Assembly: GCA_002269645.1 (NCBI GenBank)
Contig: NIVC01002872.1
Coordinates: 68,840 to 132,839 of the forward strand
DNA length: 64,000 nt
Reading direction: 5' to 3'
Source: Macrostomum lignano
Taxonomy: Eukaryota
The translations under genes were made by a program, and so were the position numbers. Positions 43,161 to 56,300 of the stretch are shown piece after piece (position 1 is the stretch's first letter; every line of letters begins with the position of its first letter). The notes beneath the pieces were generated by a model. That model was not told where the DNA came from and did not search any database. It saw only the letters and a program-made list of their open reading frames with translations.

Positions 43161-43484
43161 GTCAGTCTAAAAGAATGCTAAACTAAACTAAGCTGGCTGC
43201 GGGCCTGCGGCAGTGAGTGCTTTGGCAGTCTGCCTCTGGTGCTGGTAGTGCCGTAGTGGTAGAAGGCCTGTACCTGTTTAACATATTTAACCTAGGCTTA
43301 GGCTACGAAGCCATAAAGCATTTAACCCATCTACACACATGTGACATGACATGATATTGTGGATTTGGCATAGTTCTAGTTTACTTCGTTATATTATTTC
43401 ATAATTCTACTTGTCTTTACTTCGTTATATTATTTTAATGTATTTTCTTGCATCTGTACTCTTACCACAACCCTTTCAGCCATT

Positions 43485-43760
43485 ATGGCTGGTCGCCCAG
43501 CTGCACTGACGGTTATTTGTCCTGCAAATAAAATTGTTAATGCTGCCGAGCTTAACGCTGTGGATCCGGCTGACCCAATGGTGCACACAAACCGCATCGA
43601 GGGGACATGGGCCCTGGCCAAGAGGCGCCTGCGCGCCATGCACAGAATGAGCAACGTGCTTTTTGAGGCCCATCTTGAGGAGTACATCTGGCGCCACATG
43701 TACCCTAACAACCCCTTCGGCGCTGTGCTGTACTGGGCCTCTGTTTATTATCCTGTTTAG
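43485..43760 (+). pseudogene. Merlin/IS1595(ISXO2)-like DDE transposase C-terminal remnant
   Basis: VHTNRIEGTWALAKRRL...HLEEYIWRH fits the HTNxIEGxW...L...Y.WR motif of ISXO2/Merlin transposases. The N-terminal catalytic part is missing. Confidence 0.8.
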
Positions 43761-44476
43761 GACTTGACTTGACCTTGAACCTAAAATAGATAGAAAAACG
43801 GGGTAAAATAATTTAACGAAAGGCAGAATAATCTAACAAAGTAAACTAGAATTATGCCGTGGATTTTTAGAATGTATTCCTGGTACAGTACTCAGTAGGC
43901 CGTAGGCGTAGGCTTAGGCCTAGGCCGCCTATGCTAGCCTTCATTTTTAACTCTTCAAAACAGTTACTGTGTTCTTCTAGGCCTAGGCCTATTTAACTGC
44001 ATAATTGTAGTTTGTTTGAATCTTCATTTTTTGCTTTCTTAGCTAAACGGTAGGCTATGCCTAGCCTAGCAGCCTAGCTAGGCCCTACACTATGCCTATG
44101 GCCTAAGCCTATAATTTTTGTAGTTGATAAGTCTAACTTATAAACATTATTCATTGTTTATGGGCATATAGCATAGGCTAGCATCATATATAGACTTAGG
44201 ACTTGACCTATTATGCTTACTCTCAGGCCTAATTTCTAACTCTAAAGGCTAAAGCCTAGGTAGGCCTAGTTATAAACAATAGGGCTTATCATAAGTTAGA
44301 ATTAGAAACATTTTACTAAATTTTCTGGTGCAAATAATAATAGTTTTGTCTTAGTTATAGGCCTATGATTTTAATTTAAGCTTATTAAATAAAATAGTTA
44401 TTAATATTCATGTGTAATCTTTGAATTTATATTAACCAAATGATACCCATTGGAATAAATTCTCAAAATCCTCAGA

Positions 44477-44648
44477 TACATGCTTAGGTGCAACCTAGGG
44501 ATTCACCCGGCCATTTCTATTGGCAACACACACATGTAAGTTGTTATTGGACGGAATAGTAGTCACGTGACTTCTCTTAGCCAATAGCGATTTCCATGTG
44601 TGTGTTGCCAATAGAAATGGCCAAGTGATTCCCAAGGTTGCGCATGTA
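44477..44648. mobile_element. Palindromic MITE-like element, copy 2
   Basis: Inverted repeat centred on GTCACGTGAC (44562-44571), homologous to 4155-4324. Confidence 0.75.
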
Positions 44649-46309
44649 TACTCAGATATGTGCCAAGCATCATACACTCTGTGCACTAAGCATCCTACAA
44701 AGAATGCCAATGGTAGGCCCTTATACATTGGAAAAAGAGCAATTGTGTAGGAGAGAGAGATAGAGTTCTATGAATAAAGTATAATGGCAATCAATCAGTG
44801 TAGATCTTCTTAGTCTATTAGTATTTATTTCTTGATTAGTATATATCCCCCTTGGTCTCCCAATATGTATCTCAACAGGTCTCTCAACAATAGAAAATCT
44901 AAGGTAGGACTTATACCAATATCAATATGGCAGTAAGTTAATGCATTAAATATTTGTTGCATTTCCTTAACAAATATATCTATTTTATCTTTACTTAATT
45001 ATTCATTTTGTTATCAGATTGTTATTAAGACAGATTTTAGCATATTATCTTTGAATATAGGCCTACTATCATTTTTGTGATATCCTACAAGCATGCAATG
45101 CCCCTTTAATGCACTACCCTTCTAGTGTGCTATCTCTTAGCCCCTCTAACAGATTATGCTCTATTGGACAATGTTGGGTACCAGTATATTAATAAATGTT
45201 AATCCATTAATAAGCATTATAACTGTTTAGATTTTTATTAATGTTAATAGGCTGCTATTAAGATTTTTTGCACTAATAGTTTAACAAATTTGTGTTAATA
45301 TTTTTGTACATTAACAACAAATTCATTGTTAACATTAATGACAATATCAATAACCAAAGATACAAAAAAAGAACAAAAATATATGCCTGATAAGATTATA
45401 ATTATAATATAAATATATTCAAATTTACCTAACTGCCTAACTTATTTCTTTGTTAACTTTCTGCTAATGCTATTGAAACAACTTTCTTATTTATACTTTA
45501 TTAACTAATTAGCTTTTAGTTTCAAATAAGTAAGTTATTTCTTTTACCATATGCATATAGTTAATAATATTATACACACAAGTTTTTACAATTATTGTTA
45601 TACTTTTTTAGCTTGTAAACTGCTTGGATCATCTTTGTGTTTCATTAAAAATATGTAAAAGCAAAGACAGTGCATTTTAAGTCTGTTTTTAGAAAAAAAG
45701 TGCAAAATTTATGTTTATTTCTATGTTAACTTTACTATAATAATGCTTTTTAATGATTATCAATTAACTTATATCAGTTAACTTCACAAAATCAAGAGTT
45801 TATAAGTTAAGAGGTTTTTATGCTAATGCTTTTGTCATTAATGGAAGTTAAGATTTTGATTAATGGTGCATAACACTGCTATTGGAGAGATATAGTGTTG
45901 CATGCCAATATTTTCTTAAGTATATTCAATAGCTATCCATGAAAATGTCACTTTTCCAATGAGGCAAATGATTTAGTTATGACTAAAAATATGATTTCAG
46001 TTAGTTTTATAAATTAGACCTAAAAACAAAATATAATATTTGATTTCTTATCTATTTTTGTAGCTTACCATCAGGGCTTAGTCTTTGCTATAATTCATGC
46101 TAGCTAGATCCTAGATTAGCCAAGTTGGCTAGCAGTTGGATAAGCAATAATTATATAAATAGTACTACATAAAATATAGTTTTTGGTATCTTATCTAAAG
46201 TTAAAAGGACAGGCTGCCTAGATTTAATGCATATTTTTAGATGGCTAGCAACTCAAATGTGGGACTTGAGTCTCAAACTATAGCCTAAGACACCAAAACT
46301 ATATTATAC

Positions 46310-46885
46310 AAGCTGTTGAAACCCGCGGATTTTGAACCCGGGGAATTTCAATCCCTGGAACTATTTTTGCATGTACTCGTATTCTAAAATCTGAGGTCAA
46401 ACTCAAACAAAAACTCGTTAATATATAGTTAGGTTAGAATTAAACATAAAATAGAGTACATTTGTGAAAAATTAGGATTTGAGGCAAACATTTATATTGT
46501 TGGCTGGGGTGCTGCGAACAGGCAAACTCTGGCCTCTGCCTCTCCTTATGTCCCTTGGATTCTTAGAAACTTCGACCTTCTCTTCTGTTTCCTCTCCCTC
46601 TCTTGTCTCTGTCTCTTCTCTCTCTCTCTCTCTCTTCTATCCCCTATTCTCTCGTCTATTCTCTCTTCCTTCTATTTTTTTATCCCTCCTCTCCTCCCTC
46701 CTCTCTACTCTCTCCTCTCTCCTCTCATCTCTTCTCTTCTTTCCTCTCTCCTCTCTCCTCTCTTCTATTGTCTCTTCCCTCACCTCTCTTCTCTCTTGTC
46801 TTTGCTCTCTTATCTATCTCTTCTTTTATCTTTTCTCTCTTCTCTCTTCTCATTCTTTCTGCATGTTTTCTCCTCTCTCTTTCCT

Positions 46886-46984
<99 letters not shown>

Positions 46985-47700
46985 ATCTCTCTGCTCTCTC
47001 CTGTCCCATATCTCTTTCTCCTCTAATCTCTCCCCTGTTTCCTCTCCTCTCTCATCCTTTCTCCTCTTTCCCCTGTCCTCTCGGTTTTCTCCCCTCCCCT
47101 CCTCTCTCCTCACTCACTTCTCTCTCCCTTTGTCTCACCTCTCATCTCTTATTTCTATCCTTTTTTTCTTTTCACTCTCCCATCTCTCGTCTGTTCACTC
47201 TCGTCTCTGGTCTCTCATCCCCCTCTCTCATCTGCCATCTTTACTCACTTATACTCGTATGTTTTCTCACCTCTCTTATCTGTACTCTTCTCTTTCCCCT
47301 CTTTTGACTCCTCTCTTTCCTTTCTCCTTTTTCCCTTCTCTTCTCTTCCCTCTTCTATTCTCTCCCTCTCTTGTCTTCTCTCTTCTTTCTTCACTCTCCT
47401 CTCTCCTCTCATATATCGCGTTCACTCTCATCTTTGCTCTCTACCCCCTCTCCTGTCATCTTTACTCTCCACTCTCCTGTGTACTCTTCTCTTTCCCATC
47501 TACTGAATCCTCTCTTCTTACTCCTCTTCTCTTCCCTCTTCTATACTCTCTCCCCTCTATTCTCTTCTCTTGTCTCTTTGCACTCTGCTCTCTCTTCCTT
47601 CATCTCTCATCTCTACTCTCTCATCTCCACAATCTCATCTTTCCTCTCTCCTCTTCTTCCCTTTACTCTATCATTTCTCCTTTCTCCTCTCTTCTTTCTC

Positions 47701-47766
<66 letters not shown>

Positions 47767-48110
47767 TCTTATCTCCTCTCTTCTCACTCCTCTCTCCCTC
47801 TCTCTCCCCTCCTATCTCCTCTCTGTTCTCTATTCTCTATTCTCTTCTCACTCTTCTCTACTCTCCTCTCTCATCGATCCTCTGTCTCATCTCTCCCCTC
47901 TTCTTTCTTCCTCTTCTCACCTCTACTGCCTCCTCTCCCTCCTGTCTCCCTTCCTCTCGCTTCCTCCTCCCATATTCTCTGCTCTCTCCTCATCTTCACC
48001 CCACTCGTCTCTCCTGTTATCTTATATCTTTTCTCTTACCCCCCTCTCGCCCTTCCTCTCTTTCTAATAGTCTATTCCTTTTCTTTTTCACTCTCATCTG
48101 GCCCGCAGCC
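46310..48110 (+). repeat. Dispersed element with a long CT-rich low-complexity interior, including (CT)n tracts
   Basis: 5' part homologous to the reverse complement of 37900-38097; polypyrimidine interior at about 46600-48110. Confidence 0.65.
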
Positions 48111-48789
48111 ATGAGTTGGATTCTTTATCTGGCCTTTGAGTTAAAAATCTACTGATCCCTGCTTCGAAAGCCAGTTTGTGGGATGTAGTACTATCATGGT
48201 TATCATTTCTCATGCTTTAATCACGTCACCTTTCTCGCCAATTAGCAGCCCTGAGAGGAATTTGTGTATCTCCAGCTACACTACCACAGTCTGCACTCTG
48301 CAGCAGTCTAACAACCAAGGAAATGCGCATTTCTTAGGAGTCATTTAAAATTTAAAGTTAGTTACCCTATGCGAAACTTAATGTTAAAAGCTTCATGGTG
48401 TAACTAATTTAGTAGTATTGCATTGTAATAAGTTATTCATTAATTTTTCGCTATTTTTACGAACCATCCTGCATTGCCTTGATTTGCCTATTTGCCATCC
48501 ACTATTAAACTGCTGCAGACTTGTCTATACAGAGGACAGTGGTTTGAATCTCTCGCTGAAACTGTCTCTCCTCTCCAGGCCTCTCCACTCGCGGGGTTGC
48601 AGAGAAGGCTATTAAAAGTTATTCCAAAACACTGTACGTTGCCATGTACATTCAGCCCTATCGCCTGACCCTTCGTCTGGCTCTGGGGGAATGAGTGAGT
48701 GAGTGGCACAAACAACAGAAAAAGCAGACAAACTTCACACGCTTACAGTTTCTTTTCTGAATGAGTTACAGAGTTGAAACTTTACAGTT

Positions 48790-51700
48790 AGACAGAGAAT
48801 GAGTCAATGAAGAATTGTGTCAAGTTTGAAGTCAATCGCTTCACGTGGAGCAAACTTATGGCAGCCGAAAGTTAGTCATTTTAAACCCCTTTTTCACATC
48901 TGGGCCCAGATCGGGAAAGAGAGGCAGGCGGGCGGAGGTTGGGGTGGCTGCCTCGCTGAAAAAAACAGCCTAAATTTAAAAGTGCACAGCGGCTTTCAGG
49001 ATTAACTTTGAGATTTGAAATTTTACACGATTGTGTCAAAATAGTTGAAAATTGCCTGTGTCAAATTTGAAGAGAATCGGTAGAAGTGGAGCGGCGCTAT
49101 GGAGGATTTAGTGAAAAAATCGCGCATTTTGAGCAGTTTTTTGCACTTTTAGGTGGGAAGACTCAAATTTAGGAAATTTTAAGGTAGCCTAAGACATTCT
49201 CCGTAGTAATTTTAGGGTGGGTGTAAAGTTAGGTGTAATTTGGTTGAGCGGTTTGGGAGTCCATAGCGATCAAAATTGTCCACACACAGACACACACACA
49301 GAGTTTTGATTTTTATATGTAGAGACGAGGCCAACTCCTCCTCTGGAGGAGAAAGGGGAAGAACTCCCATCACCGGAATTCCATTCCCTGAAATCCATCA
49401 GCTGAAATTCCATGACTTGAATCCCATCTTCCAAATCATCTCCAAATCCTCTGTAAAGCCTTTCAAATACCATATCTTGTTTTCCCTGTTCGCAAAAACT
49501 GACTGCCATTGTCCAGACTCAGATTCTTCTGTCTCCTCTCTTCTCTTTTCTCTCCTCTCACGTCCCTCATCTCTACCACCTTATTTATCTCTTCTCCCTC
49601 GTCTTTCGTCTTTCTCTCCTGTCTCCTTTATCCCCTGTTTTCTCCTCTCTCCTCTCTTCTCTCCTCTCTCATCTCTCATCCCTCATGCCTCATCTCACTA
49701 TTTCTTTCTCCTCTACTCTCAGCTCCTCTCTTCTCTCTCCTCTCCTCTCTCCTGTCTCCCTCTGCTATCTCATATCTTCCCTCTCATCTCCTCTCTCCTC
49801 TTTTCTTCTCTCTCCATCTTCGTTCCCGCCTTACTCCCCTCTTCTCTCCCATCTGTCATGTCTAATCTGCCCTCTCTCATCTCTACTCTCTTTTCTATAA
49901 TCTCTTCTCTCTTCTCTTTTCACTCTTCTCTTTACTCTCTTTACTGACTGACTGAAGATACCAAATCCATCAAAATCCCTCCATGAAACAGAAACCCTCT
50001 CCGTGAAACTGGACTCCTTTCGAAATCCAATCCGCCAAACAGAAATCCTCTCCGTGAAACTGGGCTCCATGGAAATCCTCTGAGTGAAACTGACATCCAT
50101 CAAAATCGTCTCCGTAAAACAGAAATACATCTAGATTCTCTCCACGAAAAAGAAATCCTCTCCGTGAAACCGAAAACCATCAGAATACTCCGTGAAACTG
50201 GACTCAATCGAAATTTTCTCTGTCAAAAAGAACTTAACTCTCAGAATTCATTGGTTAGGGTTAGGGTTAGAGCTGCACAGAGCTGCGTGTTGAATTAATT
50301 GAATCAATTAATTGCGCAAACCATTTCTCAGTCAGACAGTATCAGTCTTATTTAAAGTTAAATAAACGGTTGCGCAATCTAAATCAACCCTCCAATACGC
50401 AGCGGCAGACCCCCTTCCAATACGCCCAACTTTATCTATTACGTCTCGCAAAACTGAGTACAATTTTTGCAGAAAGTTAAAAGTATGGAAATAGTTTTTT
50501 AAATGCTGTGCTTTTTCTTTTCATTTTAAAGCATACAACTTATATCCCCGAACTCAGCGTTGCAAGATCTTTCCAGCAATATAAGTCTCTCCTCTCAAAG
50601 TTTAAAACTCGAGAACAGTTAGCGTTTGAAATTTACCAATTTCCCGACTGCTTGCTAGAGAAGCTCGCAAGTTTATTCATTGAATTTCACTGCCAAACTA
50701 ATACACAGGGCTGCCAATAATAAAACCAAATGAATCTCGACACAGTCTATCTATTTACACTGTACAACTGCTATGTACACTCAGCCCAAGCCCAACCCCC
50801 GTTCTGGGGGAAGCATAAATTTAACTCGACCCCCCAACACGCGGGGGTTTTATTTGCATTGAACGCAGAACACGCGCACCCACCACCCCTCAATACACAG
50901 CGGCCCGCGGGCGGAGGTTGGGGTGGCTATTTTTACAAACTGGCTGAAGCCCCAGGCAGAGTGACCAAAGAAGGTTATTGGGGGTTAAAAAAGCAGTTTT
51001 CTGCTTTTTTAGGGATGTTAAAATGTGAAAATTAAAAATTAAAATAGCCTAAAGCCTGCTCCGGAAAATTTGCAGTTTTCCCATATAAGTTTCGACGTTG
51101 ACTTGGCAGAATTGTAGGAGTTCACTTGCTACATACAGACAGACAGACATACAGACAGACAAACATCGCGTCGGTTTTAGTATAAGGACGAGGCCAACTC
51201 CTCCTCTGGAGGAGAAAGGGGAAGAATTCCCATCACCGGTACTCCATTCCCTGAAATGCCATTCCCTGAATCCCATCATCCAACTTCTCTCCGCGAAACT
51301 GAACATCATCGAAATCTTCTCCGTAAAAGAGAACTCCATCAAACACCTCTCCGTGAAACTGACATTCATCAAAATCCCCTCCGAGAAATAGAAATCCTCT
51401 CCGTGAAACTGGACTCCATGGAAATCCTCTCCGTGAAACTGACATTCATCAAAATCCCCTCCGAGAAACAGAAATCCTCTCCGTGAAACTGGACTCCATG
51501 GAAATCCTCTCCGTGAAACTGACATTCATCAAAATCCCCTCCGAGAAACAGAAATCCTCTCCGTGAAACTGGACTCCATGGAAATCCTCTCCGTGAAACT
51601 GACATCCATCAAAATCGTCTCCGCGAAACAGAAATTCTCTCCATTAAACTGGACTGAATCGAAATTTTCTCCGTAAAAAAGAATCAACTCTCAGGATTTA

Positions 51701-52713
51701 GTGGTTAGGGTTAGGGTTAGGGTTAGAGCTACAACGCAGCAGCGTGTTGAACCAATTGAATTAATTGAATGCGCAACCGATTTCACAGTCAGTCAGTATC
51801 AGTCTCGGTAAAAGTTAACAAAAAGATTGCGCAAACTAAATCAACCCTCCAATACACAGCGACTGACCCCCTTCCAATACGCAGTGGCAATTAAAAGTTG
51901 AACCCCCCTCCCACCAACTTTTGGGGGTTGGTCGAACCCCCATTGAACTCCAAAATGAGTACACTGCCGAAAGTTAAAAGTATGGAAATCGTTTTTTAAA
52001 TGCTGTGCTTTTTGTTTTCACATTTAAAGCAAACAACTTATATCCCCGAACTCAGTATTGCAAGATCTTTCCAGTAATATAAGTCTCTCTTCTGAAAGTT
52101 TAAAACTCGAGGAACAGTTAGCGCTTGAAATTTCCTGATTTAAAGCATTAAAGTATCGAGTGTACGTTCACAGCCTGCTAAAGAGGCTCGCAAGTTTATT
52201 CATTAAATTTTACTGCCCAGCAAATACACATGGCTGCCTATTGAATGCCGCCGATAATAAAACCAATTAAATCTCGACACAGTCCTAGCTATCTCCTTAC
52301 ACTGTACAACTGCTATGTACACTCAGCCCAAGCCCAACCCCCTCCCATTCCGGGGGAATCGTTAAATTTAATTGAACCCCCCAACACGCGGGGGGTTATT
52401 TGCATTGAACGCGGAACACGCGCACCCACCACCCCTCAATACACAGCGGCCGCGGGCGGAGGTTGGGGTGGCTATTTTTACAAACTGGCTGCAGCCCCAG
52501 GCAGAGTGGCCAAAGAAGGTTATTGAGGGTTAAAAAAACAGTTTTCTGCTTTTCTAGGGATCTTAAAATGTAAAAATGAAAGATTAAAATTGCTATAAAC
52601 CCAATCCGGAAAATTTGCAGTTTTCCCATATAAGTTTCAACGCTGACTTGCCAGTAGTCTAGGAGAAAAATTGCAACACACAAACAAACAACGCACCACT
52701 TTTAGTATTAAGA
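48790..52713 (-). mobile_element. Head-to-tail chain of three non-autonomous Helitron units
   Basis: Minus-strand 5' ends TCTTAATACTAAAAG (52713), TCCTTATACTAAAACC (51188) and TCTCTACATATAAAAATC (49325), each followed by a GT/GTCT microsatellite. 3' ends are the hairpin CTCCTCCAGAGGAGGAG plus CTCG at 51189 and 49326. The last unit appears 3'-truncated. Confidence 0.65.
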
Positions 52714-53359
52714 TATAAGGAGATATAATACTATTCCTCAATCTTTATCTGAGGATTAAGTATAAGAATTGCCTAAGATTCATTAAAAATAACTTTAGTT
52801 GTTAGGCCTATCATTTATGATATATTTTATATGACTTAGAGTCTTTGTTAGACTTGTTTTAACTTTGAAATAACTTTTAATACCAAATGCTATTTTATAG
52901 AATTGATTAGATAAAACCTGAAATTAAACATACTTTTATATCTATTATGCTAAAATGATTTATCTCTAATAATCTAAATATATTTAGTTATTATAATATA
53001 GCATACATATAGTATATTGCAGTAATTATGCTAATTGCTAAAGGATGCATCATTTATTGATTACAATGTTCAATCTATTTTATATTTTTAGGTTTTCTAG
53101 TATTCTAGTATATATGATTGATAATGATAACAAATATCATGATTTCTGGCCACTGGCCAAATGTTAGCTTAAATTATGCATTTAACAATTGTTGTTAAGA
53201 ATAATGCATCCTGTGTCTGACAAAAAAGCCGAATTTATGCGGCCATTGCTTTTTTAATTGTTCAAATAGATATAACTTTCTCTAGCTAAACTTTTATTTC
53301 TATTGCATGAGCTTGATTTCATCATATTTGGACAGCCTGTCTGCTAGCTGTCGGTTGCT

Positions 53360-56300
53360 ATGGAGCAACTAAAGCAGCCAACTGATGCAGAGCAGCGAGT
53401 ATATATTGCCTTAGACAATGTTGAAATCCCCTCTTTATCAAATCAGAATGCTATTCAGTGCATCGAACTTGATGGTCGCTACATTCAAATAGTGAACTTG
53501 AACTCGGCCGTTGGTAGTGGCGATGCTCTCCTTTCAGCCCTGTGGGCAGAGGCCCCAGCAAGCTCTGGTAGTGTCTACCAGACTCTCACCGTGTCCACAG
53601 ATGATACCGCAGCAATGGCGGTGCCGCAGGCATCGACCATAACTATACCTGCTTCAGATGCAAACAGCGGCTACTTGCAGATTGTCAGTTTTGCTGACCA
53701 ATCAACTGCTACTGCCACTGCCTCTGCGCCTGCTAATGCTTCTTTACAGCAGCATCAACAGCTGCAACAGCCGAGCTCTGATTCACCTGCCGCCGCCAGG
53801 TCTCCGCCGCCCATAGGCTACGCTCACTGTCCCTGCTGTCAGGTACTAGTGTCTTGCTACAGTCTCACCTCGCACGTGTTAGATCACGCCCTACGTAAAC
53901 CCTTCGACTGTGAGGTAGCCGATTGCGACGAAGCGTTTTCTACTATGGAGAATCTCCGTCTACACGTGGCTATTAATCATGCGAATTCTCCGGCAGAATC
54001 TGAGGACCAATCAGTTGCCAGGTCCGGATTTGTCTGTCCGATCTGCTCCAAGCGGATCATGCGTCGGTCCGCTTTTGTGGCGCATTGCTCACTGCATTGG
54101 ACAGACGAAGTCTATCAATGCCCAGTGTGCTCTCAAGACTTCGATCAGCGTCTCAACCTGCTGCTGCATTTCCGTTCAGTTTGCAGCGCTAAGCTCCGCT
54201 CACTGAATGGCCAGGCGTCTGCGTCGCCTCCGTCTGGCAGCGCCGGCGCCCTGCCCGATTTGTCCAGCCCAATGCTGAAGAAACGGAGACGTAAGCAGCA
54301 GCAGCAGCAGTTGGCGGCGGCCGGTGCTAGTCCTAGTGAAGAACTTCCTGCCGCTAAGACTAAGGTAGGCAGAACGGTTTTCGCGTTAAACGCATATCTG
54401 ACTCGCTCGTTTCAACTCGCCGAATTCATTTTTGGGCTTGTGTGCATGGAAATCAGCCAAGAGGGCCAGCCCCCCCCCCAAGGCGCAGAGGGTGCACATG
54501 CCTGACAACTAGAAAGGCAGTGCCGCTGTACACCCTGTGTGAGCGTGTCTGTCTGTGTTAGGGGGGCCGTAGCCCAGCGGTAGCGCAGCTGCTCTGGTGT
54601 GCCAGCGACCCAGGCTCGATTCCAAGTGCAGTCACATTAATTTGGGGCTAAATTGGAATCTCGGCTTGGCTCTGCTCGTGCAATTAACGGCCTTGAGAGC
54701 CAACCCCCAAGGCGCAGTGAAGTGTACATGCCTAACGATAAAATAAAGTTAGGGCCGCTGTACACTCCTGTGTGAGTGTGTGCCTGCGTACGTATCCGCG
54801 CGCTTGTGTGCCTGCTCAGGGGAGTCGGCGGAATGGGCAGCAATGCCTCTCGCCGGTTGTGTGCCAATGTCGCTTAAAGTGCGCCAGGGTGCACACAACC
54901 CCCTGCCTCTAATAAAGAGCGTGTCTGTGAGTGCTGTGCCTGCGTACAGTATTGTCATTCGCCGAACAAATGAAGCCTAATTCGATCACCTTTGTAGCCG
55001 CAGCAGCAGCAGCAACAGAAAAAGAAGAGAAAATACCATCGGCCTCGCAAAATAGTGATCGCTGACACCGACCGGTGCGCCGCCGACGGCCTCGTCGCCG
55101 CTGTTGATTTGGGCGACGAGCTTCGTGGCACAGAAGCCGCCAAGCTGGTAAACCCTAGCCACCCGCGCCGTTGCCCTCTGTGTAGTAAGGATTTCCCAAA
55201 GAATTTCCTACTAATTAGGCACCTGCTGTCCCACACGGGCGAGAAGCCCTATCGCTGTTTGGCCTGCAATAAATCGTTTAACCAGCGATCAACTCTGCGC
55301 ACTCACGAACGGCTGCACGCTGGCAGCAAGCACAAGTGCGACCTGTGCGAGTTTTCTACAGCTCAGCGGTACAATTTGAAACTGCACATGGCCAGGCAGC
55401 ACGGCGAATGTGCTAAAGATCCGCAGGTGAGAGAGCTGTACAGAGATTGCTGTTGTGTTGATAATACTAATTAACTACACTTGCCCCTAATAGGGATGTG
55501 CAACTGGCACCCATTATACAGCTGTGTGAACTGAAGCAATGCAGAGTTTAGTGTGTCTTGCTCAAGGACACAAATTGTTCCAGAGGGATCGGGAATCGAA
55601 CCCCCGACCTTGAGTCGTGAGTTCGACGCTCTAACCACTAGGCTAGAACCCCCCTGGCTAGTTGTGATGATATCTGCCCCAGTTGTGTATACACCCGATA
55701 GAATTTCATTGTTTGAATATAAAAATCTTATTATAATTATGAAATTCAATGCTTTTTAAATTTGTACCAAACTCTAAGATGTACATATCTTGCCTTCTTA
55801 CCAGTTTCATTCTATGTGTTAATCAGTTTATCTTAGTGCATGCAAATTATACTACTGTCCTAAGAGTAGCCAGCCACTTCAGGTTCTATATTATCTGTGG
55901 ACTAATTCCAACGAAGGTTAACTAGATTGACAAACCAAACTGCAGGTAACCGCCATAGCCGAGAAGATCAAACAGCGCCGGCCGCCGAAATCTAAAAGTG
56001 TCGGCACAGCCACCGACAATGCCGTTGAACGGGGCGACCTCGCAACAACCGCCGATGGCGACAATTCGACCATTGCTGCAGTTTCTGTTTCAATTGAAGC
56101 AACGGCCGATTCTGCCCCGGCCACCGCTGTCGCCGAACCAGCTGTTGAACCTCCAGCCACTGTTGCTAAGCCGAGTTCGAAACGATCGGCCGCCGCTTCA
56201 AAGTCGGCATCAAAAACGGCGGCCTCCGGTCAATCGTCTGTTGAAGCGGCCGATTCTCAGCAGCCGCAGCAGCCGTCCACCTCCACCTCAACTGTGATTG

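Noticed and set aside
46479-48155. 558-aa Leu/Ser-rich ORF and overlapping ORFs
   Set aside because: They arise from CT-rich low-complexity sequence, which lacks stop codons by composition.
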